From: Raillietiella orientalis
Lineage: Eukaryota
Assembly (NCBI GenBank): GCA_036172245.1
Contig: JAYWIR010000052.1
Location: 930,001-994,000, forward strand
Length of the DNA: 64,000 nucleotides
Direction: 5' to 3'
Of this stretch, positions 13,274 through 27,100 are shown one piece after another; within the stretch, counting starts at the first letter, position 1, and each line of letters starts with the position of its first letter. The notes under the pieces are model-generated. The model made no database searches. It was not told the origin of the DNA and worked only from the letters and a program-made list of their open reading frames with translations. Made by a program: the position numbers and the translations under genes.

Positions 13274-15561
13274 ATTATATCCAAGTATTTGGCATCCACT
13301 TGCCATGTCTACAAGATGGGTTTACATGACTATATAAATTCAGCAGTAGCCAAACTTCTTGTTTGGGTAAAATGAATATTACCATGAGCATAATCAATTT
13401 TTTGTAAAATGATTTGTGCTTCATATAATAAATTTTAGTTACCATGGTCAGAAGTTTCTTATTGGGGAAATTCAGTCAGGGTTTCTAAAATAAAAAAATA
13501 TAATTAGCCTAAATGTTTTTGTGATGGAAATGTTAAGTTTTTCCGTATATTTCAGGAGCACAAATAATTGATCTGGAAATAAAACTTACCATAAATGATT
13601 GGCTTAAATCGAAATATTTTTATTTTAAAAAAATTCGAGAGTTCCCTTATATTTATAATATAAGTATATCACGGATATTGAATAACACTGGTTTTTTGTC
13701 ATTTCTATTTTAGTTTTTCCAGTTCTGACATTTTTGATGCATGCTCATTATTCTGATGTATGAAGTTCTTGATATGTATATGCACACAGACACAACATGA
13801 CTAGGTATATTACATAATGCAGGAAAAGTTCCTGCTTTGAGGGGCAAGTAGTTTATATTCAGTGCACAGTTCCTAGAGGCAGCATCATATATCAAGTTTT
13901 AAATTTACTGATAACACAGTATACATATTCTGTTTAGAGTAAAGTGAAGTTTATATTGAAAATTGAGTCATTAAGGGAAAACCAAGTGCATCTTCAAGCA
14001 GTATTTTTTGTACAGCATTGGGTATGCAGAATAACATAATGGCAACTTCTGAATCCCTCTGCAGACAGCTTTTACCATTGCATCTTTAAAGTAATAATTC
14101 AGCATGCCGTTTTAGTAAGCTGAGATCAGTCCTTTAGTTCTCTCTTTTCAATCAAACAGGGTAATTTATTATCTTTTTCCTGATGATAATGTTTAAATCA
14201 TGATAGTTTGGTATTCTTAGCAAGGCTTGTTGTAAGAATTGCGTATCAAGAATTTTTAATTTTTCATCAGATGAGGAAAAATCAAGCATTTGTTACAATA
14301 ATTTAATTTTTGTTCCTAATAGTCTTGGTTTCTTTGAAAAAAAGTAACTTTAATTTTTTCCAATCGTATAATAATTCATTTTTCTTCATTATATTGGACA
14401 CTTTCTTCCTGTTAATAGCTCCTTCTTAATTATTCCTGTATTTGCTTTAAATTTTCTGTTGTCATCTCTACTATTAAGTGCGTCTTGTGCTAGCAAGGAT
14501 GCTCATTTCAAGCTTTTTTGCTTTGCAGAACTTGTCATGGTTACAGACATATTATCTTTAGGCCTTTTTTTCCACTTTGCATTAAGGATAATCAAGTGTT
14601 TGCTTCTTATCTGCCTTTTGCTCCAGGTTCTTGTGAATCTAAAAACTTGTTTCGAGGTCACTAAATGTGAAATATTATTGATTACTTGAAATAAAGGTCT
14701 TTTCACTGTCATGAAGTGCTATCAGCACAGTTATAGGAGTATAGCTCATTGTATTCACCAACCAATGTATATTGTTTTTTATTTATTTCTTTTGTTCAGT
14801 GTGCTGAATTGGTTCTTATGATTTCCAAATCCGAAATGCATTCTGTATAATGGAGTTTTTTCAAATTTTGACGTTTTGAATAAGCATTTATTGCTACTGA
14901 TTTTAATGACACCTGCAATACTTTATTCAAAATATGTTGCACTTGTCTGGCATTTTGTATTCAGTAGCAGTTTTTCTGAATGTTCGATGTAAACACCATA
15001 TATCTGTTTGTAGAGTGTTTATTTTTGTGATAGAATTAGTCCAACAAACAGATTGACATATATTTATATTAATGTTACTTGCCAAATAAAGATGAAGTAG
15101 CATTTGATGACTTAGAGGTCAAACGTGATTGGCAAAAGAAATGATGCACATTGTAAAGTACAAAGAAAAATTGCAAAATTTTATGACAATTTAACAAAAG
15201 CTACAAAGCCATGAAATGTTTTCATCCTTGGGATAAATAATATCCTTGAATAAAAAACACTCTCCTACCCTCAGCACAGTTGCTGATTACCTAAAAAATA
15301 GTTGTGGTATGTGATTTGCGTATTAGGTAATTGAATTGTTGTTGGCAAAGTTTGATATTAAATGTGCCATCATACAGAGAATTCAGATTGGTCAGTTATG
15401 AAGAATGAAGACATGCAGCATCACTAAAACAATGCTTTAAGAATTTAAACTCAGCAGCAAATTGGAGAGCAAGAACAAGTAGGGTAAGTTTATTAGAAAA
15501 ACATACACCACATTAAAAAATTGATTGATCAATAAAATAAATATCGATTAGCATGTGTACA

Positions 15562-18500
15562 TTATTTATCATCGTATATCCCTTTAATTCGTTTTCCTTC
15601 CGGATCAAGGACTGCTCTTTTTTGTAGCTGTGCTAGGTGGAGAGTACCAAAAGATTCAATGTGATATTGACTGGACTCCAGGAAATCATCTGTTGCATTA
15701 TTATCTTCGGGGCCATAAATCATCCTAACGGAAAGTTCTAGTTTTAATTTTAAAGGTATAAAAACACTACCCAAAACAAACAGGAATGTCTAACGTAAAT
15801 GAATAACCAGCACGTCTCAAAAATCCTGCTGCTTTTCCATCTTTCCAAATAGTTTCCAAGCCAAATAATGGAATTCGACTTTAAATCATTAGGGAGTTAG
15901 GTCAGTTGTTTACTCACTCTTTCAGTGTCCAACAACATAATTTTTGTTTGATTCCATTCTTGTAGGATTCCTCTATAGCACTTCTTCCTAGGAATGGAGT
16001 GGGTTTTTTCAATTTGCATGTAAAAAGTAATCCAACTTCTTGAGGATGATCACTAAGGCGAATATCATGGTGCCAAAGGCGATAGTCTTGTGAAACTTAG
16101 AAAAATGCACTATAATGAAGCATACTAACTCTTTTCAATGCTCAGACTATCCATAGCATGGAACCCTGCATTTATTAGACCGAATTTCTGACCAACTTCA
16201 TGAATTGCTTGATACACAGGAATGCAAGATTCCAAGGGAATATGCAGTTCCCAACCTTTTTTAAGACATGGATAGTTTTGTATAAGTTAAGTGTTTTTAG
16301 AATGATTACCCAATTCTCCAACAAAAGTCAAGCGAATTGCATGCACTTTATGATTTGCAACCTCAATTACTTTGTGAGTGGAGAAAGGAAAGCTGGCATT
16401 GCTCAAGTCAGATTTAGTCAGAAGCTGCAAGATATCTCGGCTAGGTGCATGCTATTACTTTGTACACATCAGCTGAATAATACCTAAATGGTCCCTGAAG
16501 GCTAAGTACCCCTAGGTATCGGGAAACATCCTGCAAAGTGACAGCAAATTTCTTTTGTCGCAGTATGCTCATTAGATGACAATAAGCTTGATATGCTGAT
16601 GCTCCACCTGCAACAATGTAGAAGCCACGCCCCTATATTATACATGAGTAATAAAATTCAGAAGAGTAATCACCTCAAATACAGGATCACAGACACTTCC
16701 TTCTCCTGGCTGGAGTACTGATACTGTGAGATCTGACTCAATGTGTCCTCTAGCATTCAGCATACATGTGTACACGGTTTTGCCTTCAGGTACATCTACA
16801 TTATTCGAGAATATCCAGTTAGCAGCATGCTGTGCATCAGGTCCACTCAAGTACCATTTGCCAAAATAGGACATGTTAAATAGGGCTGCATTTTGCCTGC
16901 ATGCCTTACATTCCTGACCTATCTGCTTTTTCTTTTGAGAACACAACCAGGGAAAAGAAATATACTACTATATCATGATGTGATGAGAAATCAAAAGTAA
17001 GCTCCTCCTGTAAATGTTTATAGTACAAGTGATCTTTGTGAAGCACGTGACCATATGCTCCATAATATTCATAAGGTTTAACTGGACAGCATTCTTTTGG
17101 ATTGAACCATCCTGGTCTTTCCCATCCTTGTCTTTCTTCAAAATAACAACCTTCTTCTTCTAGTATCTATCAACAAATAATCTAGTGAACTAAACTGCCA
17201 ACCTGATGAAATGGATCCTTGAGCATTCCTCTCCCTGCCAAAGGCTGATCATTTGGAAATACTATACTGTAGTTTTTTGCATATGATTCATGGCTGCGTT
17301 CCTGTACCCATAAGTAAGAACTTTTCACTGTTGGACAGAATCGTCTGCTGCAATAATAAGGAATTTTACAAGTCTAGAATTACTGACCGGACATCATATG
17401 AAAACATATCTAACTGAGGTCTGCCCACTATTATCCATTGAGCCAATTCTCTACCACAACCACCTCCTAACATGATCCCAGAAGAATTGAATCCTGAACA
17501 ATGAAAAAATCCCTGAAGTTCAGGATCTTCCCCTAGGAAGTAATAGTTCCATATTTTGTTAAGTATTTTGGATACCCATCAGTGGGTAGTGGTCAGCAGT
17601 GAAAGATTCTGGTCCACAAATCGTAGTCTTAAGGCCCATTTCTTTCAGTTCTGGGATGCGGTTCATAGCTCCTTTAATGTGACATTCGAATGTGTCCCAG
17701 TCTAGATTGTAGAGGGTAAATGGTGTCTGTTCAGATGGCTACACCACAAAATTGATCATTTTCGGAATTTACACACCCACCTTTTGGCCCAGCAACACAG
17801 GATTATGTTCGTAGCCACCAATACAAAGAGCTGTTCCCTGAACTCGCATATATATACTTGCATCATGGTCCCTGATGTTGGGCATCTTTTCAACTCCAGG
17901 AATCGGCTCAGTAATAATATAGGCATGACGCATGGCAATTTGTGGAATATTTAACTGTACCATGCATCCAATAGATGGGGCCCATGCTCCTTTAAGCATT
18001 TTTAGAAGTACAGATTGCAAAATTATTCACCTGTACAATTGACCACGCAGTTTGTTTTGATAGTTCCCAGAGATGTATGCACAGCAGAAACCTTTCTTCC
18101 CCCAAGAAAACTGGTTTGGCATTCAATTCCTTGCACATTGCATTGTTCCAGTACAGTTGCTCCTTTCAGCTTGGCACCTTTCACTAAAGCTGCACAGAAA
18201 CCAGAAGGATCCACACTGCCATCACCAGGAGACAATAAAGCTCCATGGATGTCAGAAACATTTACAAGAGGGTAATGAGATTTGGTTTCTTCAGGAGTCA
18301 GCATGTAGGATTCAATATCAAATGCCTTGCTTAGGGTATGCAAGCGCTGATATTCCTGTAGCCTCTTCTACAATGAAAAGACATTTATAATTATTATGAA
18401 TTGTACAAAGAACTGCGTAATTTTTTCCTGAGGTAGAAAGTTCAACTTCAAAGTTAAGAAGATACCTTGTTAGATGCTATGAATAAGCCACCATTTTCTA

Positions 18501-18988
18501 TCCATCCTGGACTAATGCCAGTCTCTGATTCCAAGGAAAGTAGCAGTTGTCTTGAATAATTAAGCAACTCAATATCTGTATCCTTGGGTCGTAGTCTCCA
18601 AAGCAATCCTGCATGAGGAAACTTTGATTTCTGTAGTGATATCATATTAAACCTGCAGAATGCCAAGTAGTGCCAGAAGAGATCTCATGTCGCTCTAGAA
18701 GAACAACATTCTGAACTCCAAGTTTGGTCAAGTGATATGTAGTACTGCATCCAAGGCTTCCAGCTCCTTGGGTTTTCGGTTTATGTTATTTGACTTTGTA
18801 TTAGCATACCTAACACAACAATATCAGCTGATTTTGGAACATCTTTGGTTATGGATGAGAAAATCCTCTTTGGGAAAAGCCTCCAGGCCAGTTGCTTATT
18901 TCTTTTGTAACATAACTATGCAAATAAATGAATTTAAAATTTTGTTCACCCCAGTAGAGGAACTTACAATCTCCTTAAGTGATTGCAT
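15562..18988 (-). CDS. SARDH: Sarcosine dehydrogenase, mitochondrial (multi-exon, many 36-52 nt introns)
   Basis: Presequence-like start [28 protein letters not shown], then [91 protein letters not shown], ending [14 protein letters not shown]. Motifs fit SARDH better than DMGDH. Confidence 0.9.
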
Positions 18989-21962
18989 TGTGTTATATTA
19001 CTCAGAATTTCCTATTACTCAGAATATAAGTACGTTTTCTAGTCATTCACTGCATTCAAGACGGGGATTTTAACCTTGTTTCAATCTTAATGAAAATTCA
19101 CTGCATTGATAGATGTGATTGTAATTACAAATCACATGAGTACGTTCTCTCTCGGATAACGGGGTGGACCGTAAGAACAATCTCGACAATAGGCACCATC
19201 TAGTGTTCAGATTGCTATGAAAGAGGGAATTAAAACAGAATTTTTTTTTTTTTTTAAAAAAAAAAAGAAATACTACTTTAATCAGCACGACTTTATCAGT
19301 GTTTGGATCAAGTTGCGCGATGTTCGACGGAAAGCAGGGCTTTGTGTTTTACCATTCTTTACATAAGAATGGTTTTCAAAATTTGTAATATTTCTGAAAC
19401 ACTTTTTCCTTAATAGCCGATACGTGAAATCCGAACTAGCATTGGTGCCTGCTTTTCAGCTACAATTTTCAATTGATTAAGTAAACGGTTATCATCTTTA
19501 GCTGGTGGCATTTGGAACGGAGAGATGTGGCTTCCCCGGATTCCAACTCTGACCAACCACCACGTGCTGCCAAGGTTACCGTACCTCTTGGAAAACAGGA
19601 TCGTTTGGGCTATCACATTTCATACTTCAATTAGTTTGTGCACGCTATGGTCATGCATAGGTATAAAACAAAATGATTATGCTTCGTAATTTTACTTCGA
19701 GTATGATTCCTTTACTCTCAATAGGACGAAATGATGGATATCAAACATTTGAATGTGTATGTTGCGACACTATTTGGCATGTTTAATGTTGCAGCACTTA
19801 AAATGTAAACTTTGCCAGAAACTTCCCATGAGGTACGTATTGGAATTCTTGATTCATAATTTGGAGCTACATAAAGGAATGAATGAGTGGCTGCTGTAAA
19901 GGCGTAGAAGGTGGTTTTGACTGATGGTTCAGCAGATTTTCTTCATTTTCTTTCTTGATTCTTTCCACAGTCTCGCAACGGTTATGCGGCCGATTAAAAT
20001 GAGACTTTTACCTCTTCGGTCATTTACTGTTGTTATACTTTGCTTAGTTATACTGTTGCTTTTGTTTGTCATTCGATTACAGTGGTTAGCATTCAATTTC
20101 AGTAATGTGATCATTTCGGGTTTAGCTACTATTAAAATGCATAAAGGCAGCCCTTAAGCCTTTAAACTCGACTTGCTTTACTAATGTGGCTTGTGATTCA
20201 TCAGGTCAAGTGCTTATATTGTTATGTATAACACATGTCTATCGTTAAACCATAATTAGTGCCGATTTTATATTTGCAAGCCTATAAATCAAATGGAATT
20301 GCATGCAAAGCTAAAAGAATGTGCGAACGCAGGAGAGTTTTAAATTACATTTCTCAACTTAATAGAGATAAACTAAAGAAAATATAAGACAGTACGAATC
20401 CCTTGAATATGTTTAAAATTTGAAGTGTCTCTTATTAATCATGACAAGCTAACAAAGCAAAAATCATATGATCCCATGAGAAACTGGAAACGTAATCTTG
20501 GATGTGGGTTCACTCAAACTGTGCAAACCATTTCCATAATCGCTCCGCTCGCAGAGTGCCTGCAACACGACTTGGTGATTTTAGTTCCGGACGGATTATT
20601 AAGTGCTTTAAGATAGTAAAAAGTTTTCCACTGAATTACTTCATGTGAGTTTATCTAATCAGTAAAGAGTAGTTTGGCGTAAGAAATACCGATTAGTTGA
20701 GTTTCTACCTCAGCAAATTTTCCTGCTTTGATTGTCATTTTTTTAATGATTTAATGTGTAAAGTCCCCTCTTATTTAAAGGATTTTGTTCACTGAGCATA
20801 ATGACAGTGTAAAAGGATTGACGTCACAAGAACACAAAGTCTGAGATGATAAATTGAGTTGAAGTCAGATTTTGAAATGATTTGCACATCGAAAGTATCC
20901 GTTCAGAACAGAAACTTACATGTATGCTATGATATATAGGGCCTCACGAGCAGCAAATCAAAGTTGCACTGATCGAAGTTGATCGAACGTCACATTGTGA
21001 TGATTTGATTACCCTAGTAGATGAAGTTCTTTGCTCTCTACGAAGCTGAGTCACTCTGTTTCTTACTTGGAGTGCCATCTAGCATCTGTATGAAAAAAAA
21101 AACACATATTTTCGATTATCATTCTTTCGAAATGCCTGCATAGTTCCTATTTTGGGTGAATGCAGTCCATTATTCTCATGACAGTTTATGGATGCGTATT
21201 GTCTACACTCTCTTTGATGGAAGTTTACCTATTTTGCAAGGATTACTGGGAAATTTCCTCATGTTTTCGGCTGATCAAGGAATACGACGTCGGTTCTCTA
21301 AATATTATTATAGCAATTGCTGAATCCTTTGATAATCTTGAATTTTTTCCATTATTGGCTCATAGTACCTCTTGATCTATCTTTTTTTATTAGCCTGTCT
21401 TTGCAATTGAACCAAAATAATATCAAATGAAGATCTTTGAGGTTTTTCTTTTTATGTATTTTATTGTGGATGTTTTAAAAGTTTACCACGTATTTCATTG
21501 AGTCGTACACACAGTGGATATTGACCTCAAATGCACATGAACTCTAAACATTTCCCAAATGGCGTGATTAGTAAATACTTTCCGAAATCAGTCAAACTAT
21601 CAATAAATTTCGAGGCGTAAAGAAAAGCTGGAAATTTCCTTCCAATTTTCTCAAAACCAACAAAAGCATAAGGAAGGCAAGTTTTGATGCAAGACTGCTA
21701 TATGGTCTCAAAATCATTCAAAATTCCTGGAGAACCTTTAGACCAGTACAGTAAAATGAAATGCTTATTCGTAGCATCTATTATAGGGCTTGCCCATTTG
21801 ACTGTGCAACCCTTGAATGCAAGCTGTGCAACACTTTTCAAAGCCAGTGTTGCCCCGTGTGCACGAAGTAGTACGTAGAATGCTGTGCGGCAAAATGTGT
21901 TTTATGCCTAATTTTCGTGATTGTCTCAGAAACCCATTCTTGTGGAGTTTCTTAAATTAGCA

Positions 21963-23300
21963 ATGTACAGTGCCTATCTGCAAGTCCTATTTTGGTTGAT
22001 GAAATTCTGTAGCTGTTTCACTTGGGACGTTGGGAATTACATTACAGCTCCCTATAAGTTCATGAAATGTGGTGTGTTGTATACATGTTGCGACGAAACG
22101 AATATCAAAAACAACATATCAGGTAAGATCTAATCCTCAAGGAAGTACACATATTTTGTGATTTGTAGAGTTACATGATGCGGTATTTGATTGTTATTTT
22201 TACATGGGCGACATTCAGAAAAAGTTTTCGTGTGAGACATAATAATCTACAAGTAGCCACTGATTTAGTTTTTGTTTTTCGTTTTTCTTAGAACTGAGTT
22301 ACAACCTGAGAAGGTCTCTTTATGGTCAGCATATGGCTGCAGAAATCGTTCTAACAGCACTGAAATCACATGTCCGTGATCCAGATCCCAAAAAGGCTTT
22401 AGTTTTAAGTTTCCATGGTTTAACAGGAACAGGAAAAAATCATGTAGCAAAAATTATTGCGGATAGCTTATATGTGCATGGCATGAAAAGCAGTTTTGTG
22501 CATTTGCTACTTGGTGAACTTCATTTTAGTAATGATGATGATGTTGAAACACAAAAGGTAGACTTTTTAAGGAGAATTTTAATATGCATCTTTGATCAGC
22601 ACAGCCTACAGAGGCTAATTATAACAAATGTATCTCAGTGTGAGCAGCAGTTATTTATTTTTGATGAGATGGAAAGAATGTCATCACTGATTATTGAAAG
22701 CATTCTTCCTTTTATAGATTATCATGAACAAGTAGATCAAACTGATTTTCGGTTAGTATACTTCTAAATATCGCTTTGCATAAGGAAAGTTAGGAAGTCC
22801 ATTTTTGTGTTCCTGAGTAATGCAGGTGGCAGTTACATTGCTAACATGACTTACAAAGTATGGCTGCAGGGAAAGAAGCGAGAACAAATCAGCTATGTGG
22901 ATTTGGAAGACTTGCTTTCATTTACTTCTTATAATTCAATTGGTGAATAACTAGGTTTTTTATATACTCAGGTAGAAGGTTTTTCAGGTGGCTTATTCCG
23001 AAGTATCTTAATTGATCGTCATCTGATAGATTATTTTGTGCCTTTCTTCCCCTTAGAAAGACAGCATGTAAAACAGTGTCTCAAAGCAGAACTGTTGCGA
23101 CTTCAAAAGCATATTTCTGAAGAGGAAGAGGAGTGAGTAAAAAGTGAGCATTGTTCATTTTTGCTTATTTTGCTTTTAGAGCTATTCTGGATGAACTAGT
23201 TTACTTTCCAGAAAAGAGCAAATTATACTCTGAAGTTGGTTGCAAGAAACTGTATGCCCGTATCAACATCCATCTAAATAAATATCATTCTGAGCTATAG
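21963..23300 (+). CDS. Torsin family AAA+ ATPase; exons 21963-22122, 22292-22557, 22600-22751, 22794-22942, 22988-23132, 23180-23300
   Basis: Signal-peptide-like N-terminus, LYGQH, Walker A SFHGLTGTGKNHV, Walker B FIFDEMERM, sensor-1 FLSNAGG, LIDYFVPFFPLERQHVKQC, sensor-2 GCKK, C-terminus HSEL*. Confidence 0.92.
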
Positions 23301-26300
23301 TTGATGATATTGATTCATCTGATTTTCAAAATCTGTAAGAGAATTGAAAAAAATTCTATTACTTCTTATCAGAGCAAATTTTTCGATTTCTCGAATTTTG
23401 TCCATTTTTACATGTGCTCTTTTAGAGTTGAATATGACTAAAGAAGCAATAAGCCAATTTTGCAAACATTCCAGTGATCCATGCATTGCTATTTCTGCTT
23501 CTTAGATTGATTATTGAAGTGTACTTGAAATCTATTTGAGAAACTTCCTTTGTAGTAACTATGCAAACTGGTTTGGGTCTTCAGAATCAAATTATTTGAT
23601 TGCAGCCAGTAATCTGTTGCCTTCTTGGCTTTCGCTATGCAGATATGTAGCTTCTCCTCGGGTGTGTTAAAATGATTAAAAAAATTGCATATTAACTGAG
23701 CTCACAAGTACATTTCAGTACTACTGGAGTATTTTTAAGTTAACTGTATATTGCCATGTCAATGATGCATTTAAAAAGTTTGATGTTTTTGGATAATTCA
23801 TATGGGATTGCTGTTACTAAGTTTGTTAATTGTTAATTGTGTGAATAATTTTTCTGTGAAGGCTCTTTTGAAGCAACTGTTGGTAAAAGTTGATGTTCAA
23901 GGGGAACCAAATTCGGATTTTCAGGTGTTGGGTTCTCTAATTATAGCTAGTACTCTATAAAAACAAAAGAACTGACTGCATAGCAATACACTGTAGCCTC
24001 TTAAAATTTATTTCAGTAGTTACACTTTCAGTTTGTTTGTTTTTCGAATTATAATCTAAATTAAAACAGTGGCAAAAAATGACATGCCTAATTTTCATGT
24101 TAGGAGGTGCATTTTGATTTAAAGCAAAATTTTGTGACTTTTAATATTTGGGCCATTATTCGCGATGCAGAATCACACCTAAGATTTGATCTTTAATGAG
24201 TATTCTTCGTCTGTTTTGAAACAAGGAATATCTATTTCTAAAGGCAGATGTACAGAGTCTATCATTATAACCCATGAAATAAATGTTAATTACATTGTGG
24301 CAGTGCTGCATGTATATATTCATTTAAAATTATGACACATCTCTCCTATGTTCACTTTATAAATGGCTCATGTAAAATGGATATACGTATATCCATTTGT
24401 GCTTGGGTTATAATGATGGAATTCTAAATGTGTTTATACGATTCTATCAATTATTTCAACCTTCGTCGAGTTTTGTTTCATTTTTTAAATCTCTCTTGCT
24501 GTTATGAACGGAAGCAACCTTTGAATATATGAAACAACCTTTGACTACATACATTTATGTGTATGAGTTTTGGTGCAGCAGCTGATCAGTAATAAAGATG
24601 TTGAAAATTTCCCAAAGATCCACAACTGCATACTTTCTTCACTGACAGTGTTTTTTTTTTTTTTTCTTTCCCAAGTACTTGCTTTGTAGCTCTAGTTTCA
24701 TTCTAAGCAAACGTGTGTGCTGCCTTAATGTAATTGCAGAAACGGAGATGGAAAGAGTGTATCCCGACTGCCCATAGATCCTTGTCATTGCATGGTCCTT
24801 GATTTCCGTGTTCGGCAGGTGGATGCATTTTTTGATAGGCCGCCTTGCTGCGTCGTTGATGGACGTCCACTTCGCTTGCTTGAATATCCTTACCCGTCGG
24901 TAATGCATTAGTTCGGGGAAGAAGGTCTCATGCTGTCAAGAGACGTCCATCAAAACCATTGCTTTGACTACTATCTAATGTTGTCGCGCGCTTTGATGAG
25001 CGCAGACCTAAGCCAAATGGTTTCCTCAAGATTCATGTACCTCGCTATAGCCTAGTGCTAGGTGGTTCTTCGATCTGTATGGAAGATGGTTTTCCCTATC
25101 CTCCTTGGTTTATTGGTTTCGTTGGTTACTGTCATATTTCTCATCCGTGCCGGGTAGGCGAATAAAAACAAATGACCGATCTAATCCACCCAGCAAATCG
25201 AGCTCCTCTTGAGATTCCGTCGGCTGCTGAGGATGGAGGAAAGGTGATTGGTCGGCTCCAACAAGAGGTACAAGCAATGTGAGGGTTCGTGAATAATGGC
25301 TGGCATTCTTCGCGGAAAACTGGGAGAAATGGGAAGTGGAATCGATCTCACTGAATCAGAGAAGCCACCGAGCATGGGTGCTGGTTTTCCCCCTTGCATT
25401 ACTCTTGAAACTACACGACGGCCATAGAAAAATGAAAGCTGCAGAGGATCCAAGCCGAAAGGAAAAATCCTTGAAAATTCTTGAGGATTCACTTGCTTCG
25501 TCAAGAAAAATGGTCTTTAAAGTATGATCGATGCGCTACAGGTATCTCCACGCGTTAGCAACGCCTAGGATCCACAAAGGATGCAGAGTATGTTCCCACA
25601 AGATGATAACTGAATGCTCTGGGAGGGAGGGTGTACGCTGCATTTTATGCTTTTGTCCACTTGTTCCCACAGGCGACAAGAGTGTTCTTTCACAACGGGA
25701 AGGTGGGCACATTCCAAGCATGTGAGGAATGAAAGGACCGTGAAAGTCCATCACGACGAGGTGTCCTCAAGATTTCCTGATCTCAGAAATGGGCATCAAC
25801 TCAAAGGGATGAGAAAAGGAGGAATCGCACGAACTTCCCAGCAGAGCGATTGAGATTCCTGGATTCTCTGACACGGCAGTGAAACACGGAGTTTCAGATT
25901 GTCTGAATACATCACGATGGCATCTGATAGGGGTGTGCAGTAAAAAAAAAAAAAAAAGAGTCTCTCCGCAGCACGTGTTGCGTGGCTTTTGAATGAGTGG
26001 AGGGCTGCACCTCACATCCCAGGATGCAGTCAAATACATCTTGCTCTTCAGGCACCGACCAAACCTCCGATGGAGACCCTGTGAACAATTGAAATCGACC
26101 CACTTGCGTTCTCGCTGTATTTCTAGGGGCGTATAATGGCGATTCGACAGTCAACGCGATAGACGACTCTCACAGGTAACCGAAGGAATAGATAATAAAA
26201 ATTTTCAAAAGAGGGGAAGGCAGATGAAACATGCGAGCATCTTCCCAAAGGTTTCTTTTTGAAATTATGGAATGCTAACGAAAGAGAAATAAACGATAGG

Positions 26301-26589
26301 AGAAATTTGCGTTCCGAAGGACCCCATGCGGCAGCTTGCAGATCTGCTGAATCAACCAAGAATGCCTTACGCTTTGAACTTTTGCTTCACTTCGAGCTGC
26401 CACACCGAAGAAGAGAGAGAAACTCTCTCGACCGATGGCTTCGAGAAAACGCCAGCTACGCGATGTATGGCCGAGAGAAAGGAGGCGATCAAACCCCACA
26501 CGTCCGAGGATCCATCGAATTGCTCCAACCGGCAGCCGTACCACAACTAAAGAGGATACTCCTCGGGGGAACTCCCTTCGGAAAGGCGA

Positions 26590-27100
26590 GAGTTCATCTA
26601 ACGAAAGCATAAAATACTGCATCGCACTGGACCACATCCCATGCTCCCCACGGAACTCCACAAAAATCCACCAGCTACACCGCGTACTGTAGAAATATGT
26701 GTCACAGGTCTATGCAAAGCACTTAAACAGAGCATTCCCAAAGGATATGACGAACAGAACTCATTGACCTATCCCATTTTCCAGGTTCTTCACGGAGTTG
26801 ATGAAGGTGCAACAGAGCTAAATCTCAGTCTTAAGCATCCAAAATTTTATCGTGGCAACACCCCTTTCGTTAAAGCGAGCAAACCTAAAAACTAGCTCCG
26901 ATTAGTAAAACCCGAGAAAGCACCCAACCCGATGACAGACCTTCGCTGAAAGCAACGACTGCTTACTTCTAGCTATACTCCAAGAATCACCAGAAAGCTA
27001 CGACAATCTACTGGTGCCCCGATGAACGAGGGGAAGCAAACCACATTGATCCGAAATTCCTCCCTATCAAACGCCACGCAAGTCACCTACCTAACCGGCT
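26590..27100 (+). mobile_element. Decayed CR1/L2-like LINE ORF2 C-terminal remnant
   Basis: PCSPRNSTKIHQLHRVL and LTYPIFQVLHGVDEGATELNLSLKHPKFYRGN echo the WSP...DIxxLERVQ and LIxxFKILHG...TRGH pattern. Broken by stops and frameshifts. Confidence 0.4.

Noticed and set aside
16370..16400. Suspected frameshift in SARDH
   Set aside because: Re-reading gives an intact [11 protein letters not shown] frame.
24700..26250. Moderately GC-rich segment with short ORFs, possibly TE-derived
   Set aside because: No diagnostic motif found.
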